From Tubiluchus corallicola (lineage: Eukaryota > Animalia > Priapulida), in contig JAQGDQ010000798.1 in the NCBI GenBank assembly GCA_030141605.1, positions 36,829 to 94,565 on the forward strand: 57,737 nucleotides of DNA. Direction: 5' to 3'. Within the stretch, counting starts at the first letter, position 1. The number at the start of each line of letters is the position of its first letter. This document shows positions 12,096-25,500 of the stretch, piece after piece. A program made the translations under genes and the position numbers. The notes beneath the pieces are model-generated. The model was not told the origin of the DNA. It made no database searches and saw only the letters and a list, made by a program, of their open reading frames with translations.

Positions 12096-12856
12096 ATTCG
12101 AGGCTGCAGCTCCAACGACGGTACCATTTGCGGTGATTTATATATCAAACTCGATCTAGTGTTGTGCCATTGGGGGTTTATTTTTCAAATTGGGCCCACC
12201 GGGACGAGCGGGGGGCAAAAAGCCTCCAAAAATGGCCATTTTTTGCCCATTTTTTGCAAAACTTATACCTCTTATTTCTGAAGAATGGGGACAGGCCGGG
12301 GCCATGGATAGATAGCCCGTTCAACGGTGGGTGTAGTAGGCATCTCTAGATTTCCAGGAGGGCCATCGCGTCCTGGAACGGGTGTTTTCCCGAGACCCAA
12401 CTCCCGATTTTTTCGAAATTTTGGTCAAACAGCCAGTAGAAAAAACGTTCTGTTTTAGGACGCTTCCTTACTGAGGAGTTGTGATGAGTTGATTGGGAGT
12501 TCGATTTTGCACGGTTTTCGCTTGAAAAACTGCAGACGCAAAGCCATTGTTCTGACGTCATCCATTATACTCTGCTTATAACCTTATAACTTTAATTCAG
12601 TAAAAGCTACTGGCTTTGCATTGTAAATGAGGACTATGTAGAGGATGTTTGCGTATTATTGATTATAAGTGTATTTATAGGCAAAATTTTTTGCGAGGCC
12701 TTTGCTAGTCTAAGCATTAATTATAAGCCACAAATTTAGTGCTCTGACACTCATCTAGAAGTGCAACTGTTAGTTTGAACAGTAAATTCATGGTGACTTG
12801 ATTGTAAGCTTAATTGGCTTGGCTTCAATAAACCTAAAGGTAAAATGCAGAAATAA

Positions 12857-12887
<31 letters not shown>

Positions 12888-13760
12888 AAGAATTATGATT
12901 TGTACTGTCCATGAAAGCTTGCTAACTGGTAAGTATCTCAGCATCAAAGTTGATTCTGTGGTTGATTTTTATTATAAATTTCTATCTTTTAATGCGTTGC
13001 TAAAAACTAATGACATGGTAGCTTACAAAATATCTGTAGTGTGGACATTACCTCTTCTACTCCATCAACCCATTCAGGAGGCAGCTTATTTGGCATCAAC
13101 TCTGTCAAGCCTCGCGGAGTTTCTTTGGTAACCAAAGCAACTCGGTCGTCTGCCTGCAAGTGCAAAAGTAAGTGTTGTACCTGACAGTACCTCAAACATG
13201 ACCTTATGGCCATCTGATGTACTATGGCCATTTATTTGAACCCATCTGATGTATGGCAACAACGGCACTGCTAGCGTTACTTCAGAAATATTTAGCCAGT
13301 CAATTTAGAGCAACTTGGTCGTCCTCTACCAATAACATCAAAAAAAGATTTTCAAAAATCACAACTGAAATTGTGCCCCAGTCAGTAAGCTAGTTCAGTG
13401 CCTCTATTGAATAGCGCACAATGAAGCATGGACGTCATTGTAGTTGCTCGCACCATGGTACGGCTTCAAAACTTTTATTCTTTGAACTATTTCTCCTATT
13501 AACTAAGCCCAGCAATTCGTACACGTAAAAATGCTACTCACACAACTTTACTTTCAGATTTTTTAAAAATTATTCTAAAACATTGCAATCTTCTTGTACA
13601 TAGCTCAACATGATTAAACGTCAGCGTTTAAATAACTTAAATATAGTTAGTAACTCAGTAGTACCGGCGGTACGCTTACCTGTTCTGAAAATATGTGGCG
13701 ATTTTGCACTGCATTATTTCGCATTAAAATAAAAACCTCGGTTAATGTTCTAGTGGCCAT
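8003..13760 (-). CDS. STX16: Syntaxin-16 (spliced, 3'-incomplete). Exons: 13760-13680, 13153-13052, 11804-11771, 11362-11256, 10479-10317, 9394-9288, 8146-8003
   Basis: The phase-consistent spliced product [16 protein letters not shown]...[40 protein letters not shown]...[10 protein letters not shown]...[29 protein letters not shown] closely matches my recollection of vertebrate STX16. The exons for the end of the SNARE motif and the transmembrane segment are not in the window. Confidence 0.95.
8286..8921. mobile_element. hAT-like MITE (old)
   Basis: 16-bp terminal inverted repeats CAAGGCCAGAATTTCA and TGAAATTCTGGCCCTG with one mismatch; no clear TSD. Confidence 0.55.
9288..9394 (-). CDS. 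STX16: STX16 coding exon 6
   Basis: [14 protein letters not shown]...EEAYER; phases match both neighbouring exons. Confidence 0.9.
9413..10138. repeat. Array A: 22-bp unit CACTTCTATACAATAGCACATC, about 33 copies
   Basis: Direct reading; lies in STX16 intron 5. Confidence 0.98.
10317..10479 (-). CDS. STX16: STX16 coding exon 5
   Basis: [12 protein letters not shown]...[17 protein letters not shown]; donor GTAAGT. Confidence 0.93.
11256..11362 (-). CDS. STX16: STX16 coding exon 4
   Basis: [35 protein letters not shown]. Confidence 0.93.
11771..11804 (-). CDS. STX16: STX16 coding exon 3 (34 nt)
   Basis: [11 protein letters not shown]; flanked by TTTTAG and GTAAGT. Confidence 0.9.
12042..12708 (+). 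mobile_element. Non-autonomous Helitron-like element, copy 1
   Basis: Starts A|TCGTATATA followed by a (TA)n tract; ends with a GCAAAA..TTTTGC hairpin, a short spacer and CTAG|T; homologous to 17295-18029. Confidence 0.7.
13052..13153 (-). CDS. STX16: STX16 coding exon 2
   Basis: ADDRVALV...[11 protein letters not shown]; flanked by TTGCAG and GTAATG. Confidence 0.92.
13680..13760 (-). CDS. STX16: STX16 coding exon 1 (N-peptide)
   Basis: [27 protein letters not shown]; donor GTAAGC. Confidence 0.93.
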
Positions 13761-16420
13761 CTCTAATAATAATGCACTTCTCTTCAATACACTAACGTAA
13801 AGTAATACCAGCTGCAATTATTTGCAAATTTTCAGCAAATCACGCCGCTGCCTAAAATGCCATTTTCCCTCGGTTGTCACTCCATTCAGTTTCAAAAATA
13901 TCCAGGACAAAAAGCGCACCGAGTGACGAAGGAGTGCTACATTGCATTAAGAAGCCGCATTTCAAGCTAAAGAAAAAATATCGTTATTGGGTTCAATCAA
14001 AGTGGACAACATAGCAGTCGTGACAGACTCAAAACCAATTTAATGAAAGAGAGCAATTGAGATTTAGAAAGCGACAGAAGAGTTAGAGCTAGAGAGGGAG
14101 AAAAAACAAAAGAAAAGGAAAGAGTGGTATGAGATTGACAATATTTACTAAGTTACAAAACAGAATTGTGGCTAAGGACCAATCCACATCGTTATATCGA
14201 CATCAAGTTTGAAGTAGGTAAGTGGTAGAAAACGACATAATGCCATCATAATGCAAGGCAGGCAAGTGAATTAGTAATGATGATCGTTATTTGACTTCAT
14301 GCTTCTCTCACATGTGTACCACCAGCAAACGACGCTAAAAGGGCCGGAATAAGCCAGTGATAGGTTCCCGTTAATTAACAAAAGTGATGTTTTACCTGTC
14401 CTTGGGTGGAGGAAGTATAAAATTTACAAAAAGCAAGATCAGTGTATATCGATATGAATATAAGAGGTATGTAGATGGTGGATCATATGATAACGCTATA
14501 ACGCAATCAATATCCTCAAAATTGGCTAAAAAATTGATATTGTTATATTATGTGGATGGCCCCTTGCAGCAAATTAAGTGTCTGTGAGTGTAAGGTACTA
14601 TGTATAACTAGAATGGCTGCAAAATGGTTCACCATTATATAATCATTCCCTTGGTGTAACACCTATACAGTTCCACGCTTTGCACTTAAAGTATATGAAA
14701 AAAAATATTTCCACTGTGAAAAGTGTCCGCATCACGCCTGTGTCACATGGAGAAACTCGTAAGAGCAAGGCATGATCTGCAATCCATAAGCATTAAGCAA
14801 TAATAAAAGTGCTTCCACTTCACATTACTATACTTTACTTCACTCTACTTTGCTTTGCTTTTCTTTTCTTTATTTTATTATTTTACTTTACTTTACAATT
14901 CGTTCTCATTTTATGCATTAGTTTGTCAGTTATATACAGTCACACATTTTAAATTAAGAAAAACACTAGAAACGAGAACGTTTAAAAAACAAAAACGGGT
15001 CGAAACAAATAAAACCGGATGACAAATTGTGCGGAAAATCAACGACTGGATTTACATAATCGACGAAGATTGGGCTATTCAGCTTTTTATTACAGTTGTT
15101 TTAACTGCTTTAAATATTTTTTATAATTATCCTGGTAAGACTGCTTTCTAAAGATATTTTGCTTTTGTAACTTTTTACTTGCAAATCTGTCACTTAGGAA
15201 TACTGTGGGAATACTTTTTGAACAAGTTTGAGGTGGAAATTGTCACGAGCTATAGGCTTGCATTCACTTTGAAAAACCACGTCTGCCGAAAAAGCTTCAT
15301 AACCATAAGAGGAAATTCTGTACATCAGATCTTTCAGTTAGTTCTGATGGCATTATTTTAATGTAACACGCTCTTCATTGGATACAGGTGGAAGTACAAT
15401 TTTTCTTCCATGCTGTACTACTGATGGCAGTAATTCATGAGCACTAACCACTGTACAACGTATGTGTTCTTAGGACGGAATGCAAATCTGTCTTGACTAG
15501 ACTATAACTACAGAAATCTGTTGATTTAATGTTCACTATCAGTTCTTTCTATGAGGTATGTCAGAGAGAGAGAGAGAGAGAGAGGGATAGACTGAAAGAC
15601 TGTCCATTTCATTTATATTTATTTCGCTTGTTTTTGAGTTTGGGGATCATGCCATCTGAAATGGACCAAGGCCTCAGTTGTGACAATCTCTGATTTTCTT
15701 CGTACTTTCAAAATATATTCTACTATTATTATTAATGAAAGATGCAGAAAAATAGAACTATAATAAAATGAGAAGTTGTTGATTTCAGTATAAGAATTTA
15801 GTAATTTCGCTTATGTAACTTTACATAATTGTAAGCCTTTAATAATTTCACTTATATGATACCAGTTATTATTCATTTACTAATCTGAATAACAGTACAA
15901 CAGTTATCATTTCCTTTGTACGTTTGTTTGCTTCGTGACAGTCTCTGTTTGTAACAAATCTTCTAATCATGTATATATTATACACGTTAATTCTAGTATT
16001 CTTTTTTCAACAGCTTTGCAACCCCCTGTAACTTAATCATCGAGTTGAGCTTGTAGTCGAAATCAGTAATGTTGTTAAATGACAGCAGGTCTTCTTTCTT
16101 TATTCTCTTCCACTTCTTTCTTTGCATTGAATGAAAGACAACCCTCTGAGCTGGATGAGCTTTGACTTTCAAATTATTATACATCTATGCTCCTGTCATC
16201 ACACTTTTGACAAGATTGAAGATTAGCACTAGATGCACGATGTAAATTGTAAAAACAAGCCCTTGTCATCTTAAACATTTATTCGGAATAAAACTAGTAG
16301 TAGGCCTGCACTTTTCACATCCCTTGATTCAGACGTTTCAAAAACGAGTGTTTGGAAAGCAGGTACATTTTAGGCTTAATGAGGAGTAGATAATGATATT
16401 TTTTGCATTGTCTTCTGTAG
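13761..16420. promoter_or_regulatory. Divergent STX16/PABPN1 upstream region (promoters and a probable PABPN1 5'UTR exon and intron)
   Basis: Lies between oppositely oriented start codons. The acceptor TCTTCTGTAG at 16411-16420, just before the PABPN1 ATG, implies an upstream non-coding exon. TSS positions were not determined. Confidence 0.5.
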
Positions 16421-16423
16421 TAA

Positions 16424-16597
16424 ATGGCGGACAATATTGATGCTGAAAATGGGGAAATTTCTCCCCGTCACTATGGTGACGAAAATGAAAGTCTGGGGCC
16501 AGAAGATCACGATGACGTGCTTGGAGGAGGTGAGCCAGGAAATGAGGAAGAAATTGATGACTCAATGTTGTCTGCAAGTGGCAGCACTGATGATCCA
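16424..16597 (+). CDS. PABPN1: PABPN1 coding exon 1
   Basis: MADNIDAE...STDDP; donor GTATGT; joins ELEAIK in phase 0. Confidence 0.85.
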
Positions 16598-19500
16598 GTA
16601 TGTCATTTATTTTCATTTTATTCATAATCATTCAGTAAATTAAAAATTTAAGACAATGTAAATCCAATTAAATTAAGTTTATTATGTAATTAAAGGTGAA
16701 ATCTTTTGGAACAAAAAATTATAATATGCAAACAAATAATAACATGTCTTCATTTGACGAATGCATTTGGAAACTTTTTAAACCTTTACTTTTTACTTTT
16801 TATGAATGCCGATGTGTCAAACGAGTTTGACTGGTGGAAACTATCCACATAAAATTTCTGATAACTAGGTAGGATACTTTTAATAAGAACTATAGGTAGC
16901 ACATTTTCTCATGTTGACTTTGTGGCATATGCACTTAACAAGAGTAAAATTCTTCGCATAGTAATGTCAAAATTACTCATATGATTATAAAATGTCAAAA
17001 AACGGAAAAATAAGAAAATTGATGCTACTTAATAAATCAATCGCAAGTGCTTCAGTCTCAGTAGGGGTTGATGAAGCCATTTTCTAAATGCAGGAATCAG
17101 TAATAGTGTTTAAGTGTAGAAACTAGGGGTGTAGCCAGCTTTTAAAGTTAGGAGGAGCAAGCACATAAAAAAGCAATAACACACATCAAGCATTTTATGC
17201 ATTTTGTACCATAATGCATTGATTATACATTTAAATCTTTGTGTTACACGTGAAAGATACAGTTTTAAAGAAAGTGCATAATTGTTGTTTTGTATCGTAT
17301 ATATATATATGGGTGGATATATAACCGACGAGGCTACAGCTGCAACGATGGCACCATTTTCGACGATCTATGCGTCAAATGAAAGGTCTCCACCCAAGGG
17401 TTCGCACATGTGGGCTTATTTTTCGAATCGTCCCCACCGGGAGGAACGGGGGCCGGAAAACCTCAAAAATTGGCCATTTTTTGCAAAACTTATACCTCTT
17501 ATTTCTAGAGTATGGGAACGCGTTGGGGATGGTTCCAGTAATGGTTAGATAGCCCGGTTCAACGGTGGGTGTCATAGTCATACTTAGAATTTGGGATAGG
17601 GCCACAATGCCCCGTGATGGGCGTTTTCGCAGACCCAACTTCCAATTTTTTCGAAATTTTGGCCAAACGGCCTGTAGAAATAATGTTCTAGCGGCGTTCA
17701 GTGGGACTCTTGAAAGGAGATATATGGCTCTTTAGAAAGACAAGAACAGGGCTACGCCATGACATGCGCTACATTTTAGGACATCTCCACCCAGAGGAGT
17801 GGCGATGAGTTAATTAGATGTTCCATTTTTGACAATTTTCGCTTGGAAAACTGCTAACGCAAAGCCATTGTTCTGACGTCATCCATTATGCTCTGCTTAT
17901 AACTTTATAACTTTAATTCAGTAAAAGCTGCTATTGGCTTTGCATTATAAGTGAGGACTATGTAGGATGTTCACGTATAATTGATTATAAGTGAATTTAT
18001 ACGCAAAATGTTTTGCGGGCCTTTGCGAGTCTAACATTAAAATGCAATAAAAAATTTCACACTAAGCTCATAAATCTAAAAACGTGGCAAAAATGTATGT
18101 TATTTATTTATTTTAATTTTAACGTAAAATGGATCATTGTGAAAAATGTATCATGAAGGAACTACAGCATGTAGCCTGTCACATCTAGGCTTCCTTCTGG
18201 CAAAGTAATCTGTAACTTTATCATAATCTACCTGAGTAACCAAATCTTTTTCAATGAAGAGCGAGAGCAGATGTGTAGCAATGAGTCAGCTTTGACAAAT
18301 AGTTGCGTAAATGCACGCTCGTGTCAGAAACACGGGGAAGGCAAGTTAATCAAGTAATGACTCCAGAAAATTCTTCCAAGACTATCTGATTAAAAAAATA
18401 AGAAAAGATTCAACTTTTATCTCACAAGTGAATTGAAGAGTTGAAAAAGTGCCAATTTTGAAAAATGTGCTCGTGGGAGGTGTTGTTCCGCTGATAGCTA
18501 CACCATTATATTGATGTACAATGATCTACCTATAGTTCAAGATTTAATTTTTCCTTTTAAGGTTCAAGTTACTTATGCAGTATTGAAACACGCTCCAAAA
18601 CACACTTGGTCCTACTACATCTTTTGTCCGTGTTGCCCCTTTTTTTTACCTACAATGCAAACCGGATACTTAGGAATGCAGCTTTTCCCTAGGACCTTTT
18701 CGCTGTGGAATTCTTTACTTGAAAATTGTTTTCCACTTAGCTACAACCTAGCTCGTTTGCACATGATTGTAAATATTGCTTTGTCGTAGAAAATATACAA
18801 GGTAATCTACTGTTTACAATACTATACGTATATGACAATAAATATATGACAATAAAACAATCATCAAAGGTAGAAACTGTTATCACTCAAAGCTTTGGCT
18901 GATTAACACCTGCATCTATGTAGTTTTTTGGAAATTTTTCCTATCTGTAATAAAAAAAATTATTTTTATGCATAAAGGAACTGGAAGCCATAAAAGCAAG
19001 AGTTAAAGAAATGGAAGAGGAAGCTGAGAAGCTTAGACAAATGCAAAATGAGGTTGAGAAACAGTTGAACATGAGCCCTCCTGCTGTTAGTGAGTAATCT
19101 TTCTCATTAGTGCCAAGATCTGATATGTTTCTTCTTTGTTGTTCACTTATGAAAGTTACGATTCTTCATTTAAATGTTAATTCATAATCGTAAAGATGTG
19201 ACATACAGATTAAACCATCCTTACTTCACTGATTAGAACTGTTTTTTGTACAGACTTTTATAAATTTTTTTGTACGTTCGTGTACTAACTTGACGCAGTC
19301 GTTATAAAAGCTATTCTAACATTAAAACATAATTCTTGCAATAAAACATTTTACACTAAGCTCATAAATCTAAAAACATGACAAAAACGTGTTATTTAAT
19401 TATTTTAATTTTAAACGTAAAATGAAAACAAAATGAATCATTGAGAAAAATGTATCATGAAGGAATTACAGCATGTAGCCTATCACGTCTAGGCTTCCTT

Positions 19501-22500
19501 CTGGCAAAGTATTCTGTAACTTTACCTAGCATAATCTACCTGATCTAATCTTTTATAAATTTTTTTGTACGTTCGTATACTTACTTGACGCAGTCGTATA
19601 AAAGCATATTTTTTAATTTGAAACATCAAACACAATAATTATTCTAACATCGTTCTCTCGGGAAACACAGGACGCCGCTATGCTTTTCTATGGCTAACTC
19701 TTGGCAAGGGTTGCCGTTTTGTATGATGCTCATTGTATTGGAGGCTAGAAAGTGTAGAATTTTCCACTAAATTGGTGTATTAACGACCGGCTAGTGTTGC
19801 CGCTTATACTATAATTATAACATATACATTCATGATACAAAAAAGAGGCTATATAATAATCGATAATTTAGTAATGTGAAATGAAAAAATAAGGCGTAAA
19901 AAACGTGCATTGGAAAACTTCAAACATTGCTGATAACCGGTGAGAAATAAACAACATTGATTTGAACTGATGTTCAATATTTCACGATTCAGTTTTAAAC
20001 GTTCCCAAAGCTTTAAAAAAATTTGAAAAAAAAATTCCTTCCTCCGTACTGGAGTCTTATGAGCTCATGAATAAAACAGAAACAAATTTCTTATAATTAC
20101 TCATATGGTATTTATTGTTTAGTTAACCTTAAGTAACAAACTTGCTGACAACTTACTAATCACATTAACAAATCATTTAAGCATAAGGTTAGATTGGAGT
20201 GTCATTATTTTCTCAGTGTTAAAGTACTTTTCATTCCAGTCTTTTAAAATTGCTTTTTGCAGTTTTATTTAGTGTTCTGATATTTTTTTTGTGAGGCGTT
20301 TTGTAGTCTGTTTGCCATTTTTGTCATATTACTGCATTACCTGTTTTAATTATAATTCTATTTCCGTTCTTTTACATCCTATTTCAGCGAGTCCTACCAC
20401 TGCTTCACCAGCCGTGTCCTTGGAAGACAAAATTGAAGCCGATACACGATCGATATATGTCGGAAATGTAAGTGCATAATGAGTTAAGCCTTTCACTATG
20501 TAGTTGCTTTTTAACAGGGCCGCATTAGTTTTTGTACATTTGACAATAACCTCTTGTGGTGTATTAGTAAAACCGAATCTTGTAAATAAACAAATAGCCA
20601 TGTGTTATTAAATGCACACACATCTGCACACACATATATGCACTCATGCTTGCATGCACGCGCACACTCACACAAAATAAGCACATACTTATATTTAGCA
20701 GCCAGTTTATACAAAAGTCCATAATACGAATTATTTTATAAGAATGCAGAACTAGTGACTAAACACGTTTCACTAACTATCAACAAGCAATTTTGCATGA
20801 GAACGTACTATACGGTACAGTACGTATTATGGAATGCACCTGGCTTCGGATGCTGATTGGTTGGTTAGAGTTACTTGTTACACACACGCGCACGAAAGCA
20901 CGCACGCACACACATACAGAACCTCATAAATAAGCATGTACTGTGATTTATAAACCAGTTTTCATAAAAGATGCACTACTAATCCATAATATGCAATCAT
21001 TTTTCAAGAATGCAGAACAATCAACTAAACATACCTCACCGTACAGTATTGTGGAATGCAAATGGCTTCAGATGCTGATTGGCTAGTTAACGTTACTTGT
21101 TGTGAGGCAACCCCAATCCCACGGCTGTTAAACTTTAAATTTTTCTACATGTTCTTGCATGGCCATAGCAGTGAAATAAACAGACCTGGATGACTGCGCT
21201 TAGTGCTGAGTGCGTGCAGCAGTCTGCCGCCTTCCGTCGCTTGCATGAAAAACATGGGCGGCAGTGTGCCACCTTCCGTAGTGAAAGGGTTAAACCAGTA
21301 GTAGTTGTCACTTTATAGTAGGCATAGAATAAATTTCATTTATTTTAGTGTTTTGTCAGTAAGAATTTTCTATTTGTTTCACAATATGTTGTTTGTTCTA
21401 TCATTAGATTATGATACACGAGTAGGACAGATCGGTCATAAAAAATTTGTTTCTGTCTTACCTCATGAGTTCAAAAGATGTTATAAGTCACAAGTCATTT
21501 ATTTCACATTACACATTTACAATAGTTTCATGTACAATATCTAGTGAAAGGGCCTACAATGAACATAATACAAATAAGAAATACTGCACAGGAAAAGCCT
21601 CAAACACTGTTCATTTATACACGAAGGTAAATGTGTTGCGTGCAATCAAAAAGCAGGGCTTGTTAGATTGTCCCACACAATGAAAGAAAAAAAGTAATGG
21701 AAATAAACTGAAAATTTAAAGTGAATCGAGTGATAAAAAAACATTAGTGCTTAAAATGGAATGATGTAATGAATGAAGCTCATATATGAGATGATATAAA
21801 AGATGGAAAGACTATTATTTGTTAATAGTATGTAAAATTAAGATAACTTGATTAAGATAAGATGTCAGTAATGAGGGAGGAAATTTTTTTTTAAAGATTT
21901 TAAAGCTGAATCATGCAATATGTAAAAACAGTTGCAATGAAAGTTGTTTATTTCCCACAGATTAGCAGTAATGTTTTTTTTTAATGCGCATTTTTTCACT
22001 CTTTGTTTTTTTAGTTTCGTGTCACTAAATTTTTGTATAATTATTATCGATTATTGTATAGTCTCTTTTATATCATGAACATACATGTTCTGATAATTAT
22101 GGTATAAGCGGCAACAGTTCTTGGCCGTTAATACACCGATTTGGCGGAAAATTCGATACTTTTTAGCCTTCAATGCAATGAGCATCATACAAAATGGCAA
22201 CCCTGGCCGAGAGTTAGCCATGGAAGAACATGGCCGCATCCTTCCTTCCAAGAAAGAATGGTGTTATAATAATTATTCAATTTACGTTTTAAATTAAAAA
22301 ATACGCTTTTATATTACTGCATCAAGTAAGCATATAAGCTTGCAAAAAAAATTGTAAAATTCCCGGCCAGGTGCGCAATAAAAAAATATTACCTGGGCGA
22401 TTAGACAGAAGCAGAAGTATTTTTATTGGTGGCCGCAGCGTAACATTTCAGCATGGAGCATCACCTATCGGCTACAAAACCCAATTTAATTATTTGCTTA

Positions 22501-25500
22501 TCATTGATCACTTTGAAATATTGTTTGTGTTTTCTTTGTTATCTTATATGTTATGACAGGTTGCATTTTGTTATATTTTAGGTTGATTATACGGCTACAG
22601 CTGAAGAATTGGAAGCACATTTTCATGGGTGTGGTTCGGTAAACAGGGTCACAATCTTGTGCGATAAATATACGGGCCATCCCAAAGGGTAAACCACTAA
22701 TTCTTTTCATTCTAGTCTACATAATTGTTTAAGTTAGTGGAATTTCAAGGCAGAAAAAACGTCGCGTTAAAGGAAAGAACAAGTCATTCAGTATGTTGGG
22801 TTTATTTTACTGTTGTCACTTAAACTTAGAAAAATATAACGAAGAAATTCGCAAAGAACGGCCTGTGAAGCATAAATTTAAATATTCACTTGAAAATCAT
22901 GACGTAACCGAGAGACCTCGCGACTTTTCGTAAGCGCATCGTGGCTTTCCGTAATCGCGCGCTGCTTAAACTAATTCAAACTTCTGCAACTTACCTAATG
23001 TTCACGCACCAGTGTTGCAAAATTAGCTATCTATGTTTTTAAAAGCTTATTATACTTTTGATGAAGATTGACAATGCGCTGCTTTTCTTTACGACGAATG
23101 ACGTCATTGGAAGAAGAATGGACATTGAAAGTGGGAGCGCCCAAGCATGAAGTGATCGCGACTTTAAAGTGATTTTACTAGTTACACGAGGCGCTTATTG
23201 CAGTTTTATTACTAAATCCTTCTAACATTTTTCGCGAACATTGAAATAAGCCTAACCTCCTAAAAAGCTTGACCTTTCCTTTAATGCATAATAGTGGTTT
23301 GTTATGAATGCCTGAAGAGCTGTAAATGTAGCAGGGTGGAAAAGGCATTCCTCCGTAAGAGTTTGTTAATGTGGCAACAATGTGGTGTTGAGACAACAAG
23401 GTATGTTAATGGAAAATATTGCGCAATTATCTCTGTGGCAAAACGAGTTTTGCTGATGAGATTGTTAAAAAGACTCAAATGAAATAATGGTTGATTTATA
23501 TCCTGGGGCGTTCTGCTAAGATATTAAAAAGAAATAATTTGTTTATCTATTTATCTGTATTTCCATGTTATCATACAAGTCCAGTCGCATTGATGCATTT
23601 CTTTTAGTGATTGCATCATAATTTTGTGACATATTGTCTTTTACTGCAATAGCTGACACTTATCACAAGCTTGTTAATTAGTTATTGCAGTTGATAAGCC
23701 GTGTTTGTTTTTTGCCAACCTGAAAAGTTTGACTATCCATCAAATTATGGAAGAAAAAACATGTCTGATATGTGAACAACTTAGAAAACATGAGATAATA
23801 TTTATTAGTTTTCGCGCTGCTTTTTGTACTTTCTTTATCGGAATATTACCATGTTGCAAGACGATTTCTTGCATTATTCATCTCTGAATATCTAAGTAAG
23901 AACATTTGTGTTTGCATTAGTCTGTATCTTTTCACCCTCCCGTAATTAGCAAATTTTTCCATTTAGACATGCGTATATAGAATTTTCTGACAAAGATTCT
24001 GTACAAACTTCGTTAGCGCTTGACGATTCTTTGTTTAAAGGACGACAAATCAAGGTATGTTGTTCACCTTTCTAGTAAATAGGCATAGAATATAACTTAA
24101 GAATAGACATAGAATATAACTTAAGAATAGACATAGAATATAACTTAAGAATAGGCATAGAATATAACTTAAGAATAGACATAGAATATAACTTAAGAAT
24201 AAACATAGAATATAACTTAAGAATAGGCATAGAATATAACTTAAGAACAGACATAGAATATAACTTAAGAATAGACATAGAATATAACTTAAGAACAGAC
24301 ATAGAATATAACTTAAGAATAAACATAGAATATAACTTAAGAATAGGCATAGAATATAACTTAAGAACAGACATAGAATATAACTTAAGAATAGACATAG
24401 AATATAACTTAAGAATAGACATAGAATATAACTTAAGAATAAACATAGAATATAACTTAAGAATAGACATAGAATATAACTTAAGAATAAACATAGAATA
24501 TAACTTAAGAAAAGGCATAGAATATAACTTAAGAATAGACATAGAATATAACTTAAGAATAGACATAGAATATAACTTAAGAATAGACATAGAATATAAC
24601 TTAAGAATAGGCATAGAATATAACTTAAGAATAGACATAGAATATAACTTAAGAATAGACATAGAATATAACTTAAGAATAGACATAGAATATAACTTAA
24701 GAATAGACATAGAATATAACTCAAGAATAGACATAGAATATAACTTAAGAATAGACATAGAATATAACTTAAGAATAGACATAGAATATAACTTAAGAAT
24801 AGGCATAGAATATAACTTAAGAATAGACATAGAATATAACTTAAGAATAGACATAGAATATAACTTAAGAATAGACATAGAATATAACTTAAGAATAAAC
24901 ATAGAATATAACTTAAGAATAGACATAGAATATAACTTAAGAATAAACATAGAATATAACTTAAGAATAGGCATAGAATATAACTTAAGAATAGACATAG
25001 AATATAACTTAAGAATAGACATAGAATATAACTTAAGAATAGACATAGAATATAACAAGAATATAACTTAAGAATAGACATAGAATATAACTCAAGAATA
25101 GACATAGAATATAACTTAAGAATAGACATAGAATATAACTTAAGAATAGACATAGAATATAACTTAAGAATAGACATAGAATATAACTTAAGAATAGGCA
25201 TAGAATATAACTTAAGAATAGACATAGAATATAACTTAAGAATAGACATAGAATATAACTTAAGAATAGACATAGAATATAACTTAAGAATAGACATAGA
25301 ATATAACTTAAGAATAGACATAGAATATAACTTAAGAATAGACATAGAATATAACTTAAGAATAGACATAGAATATAACTTAAGAATAGACATAGAATAT
25401 AACTTAAGAATAGACATAGAATATAACTTAAGAATAGGCATAGAATATAACTTAAGAATAGACATAGAATATAACTTAAGAATAGACATAGAATATAACT

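Noticed and set aside
14030-14130. Purine-rich stretch resembling coiled-coil coding sequence
   Set aside because: The frames I read close quickly with stops, and there is no splice context or recognisable homology.
21125-21295. piggyBac-like end (GAAAGGGTTAA)
   Set aside because: No convincing matching left TIR was found.
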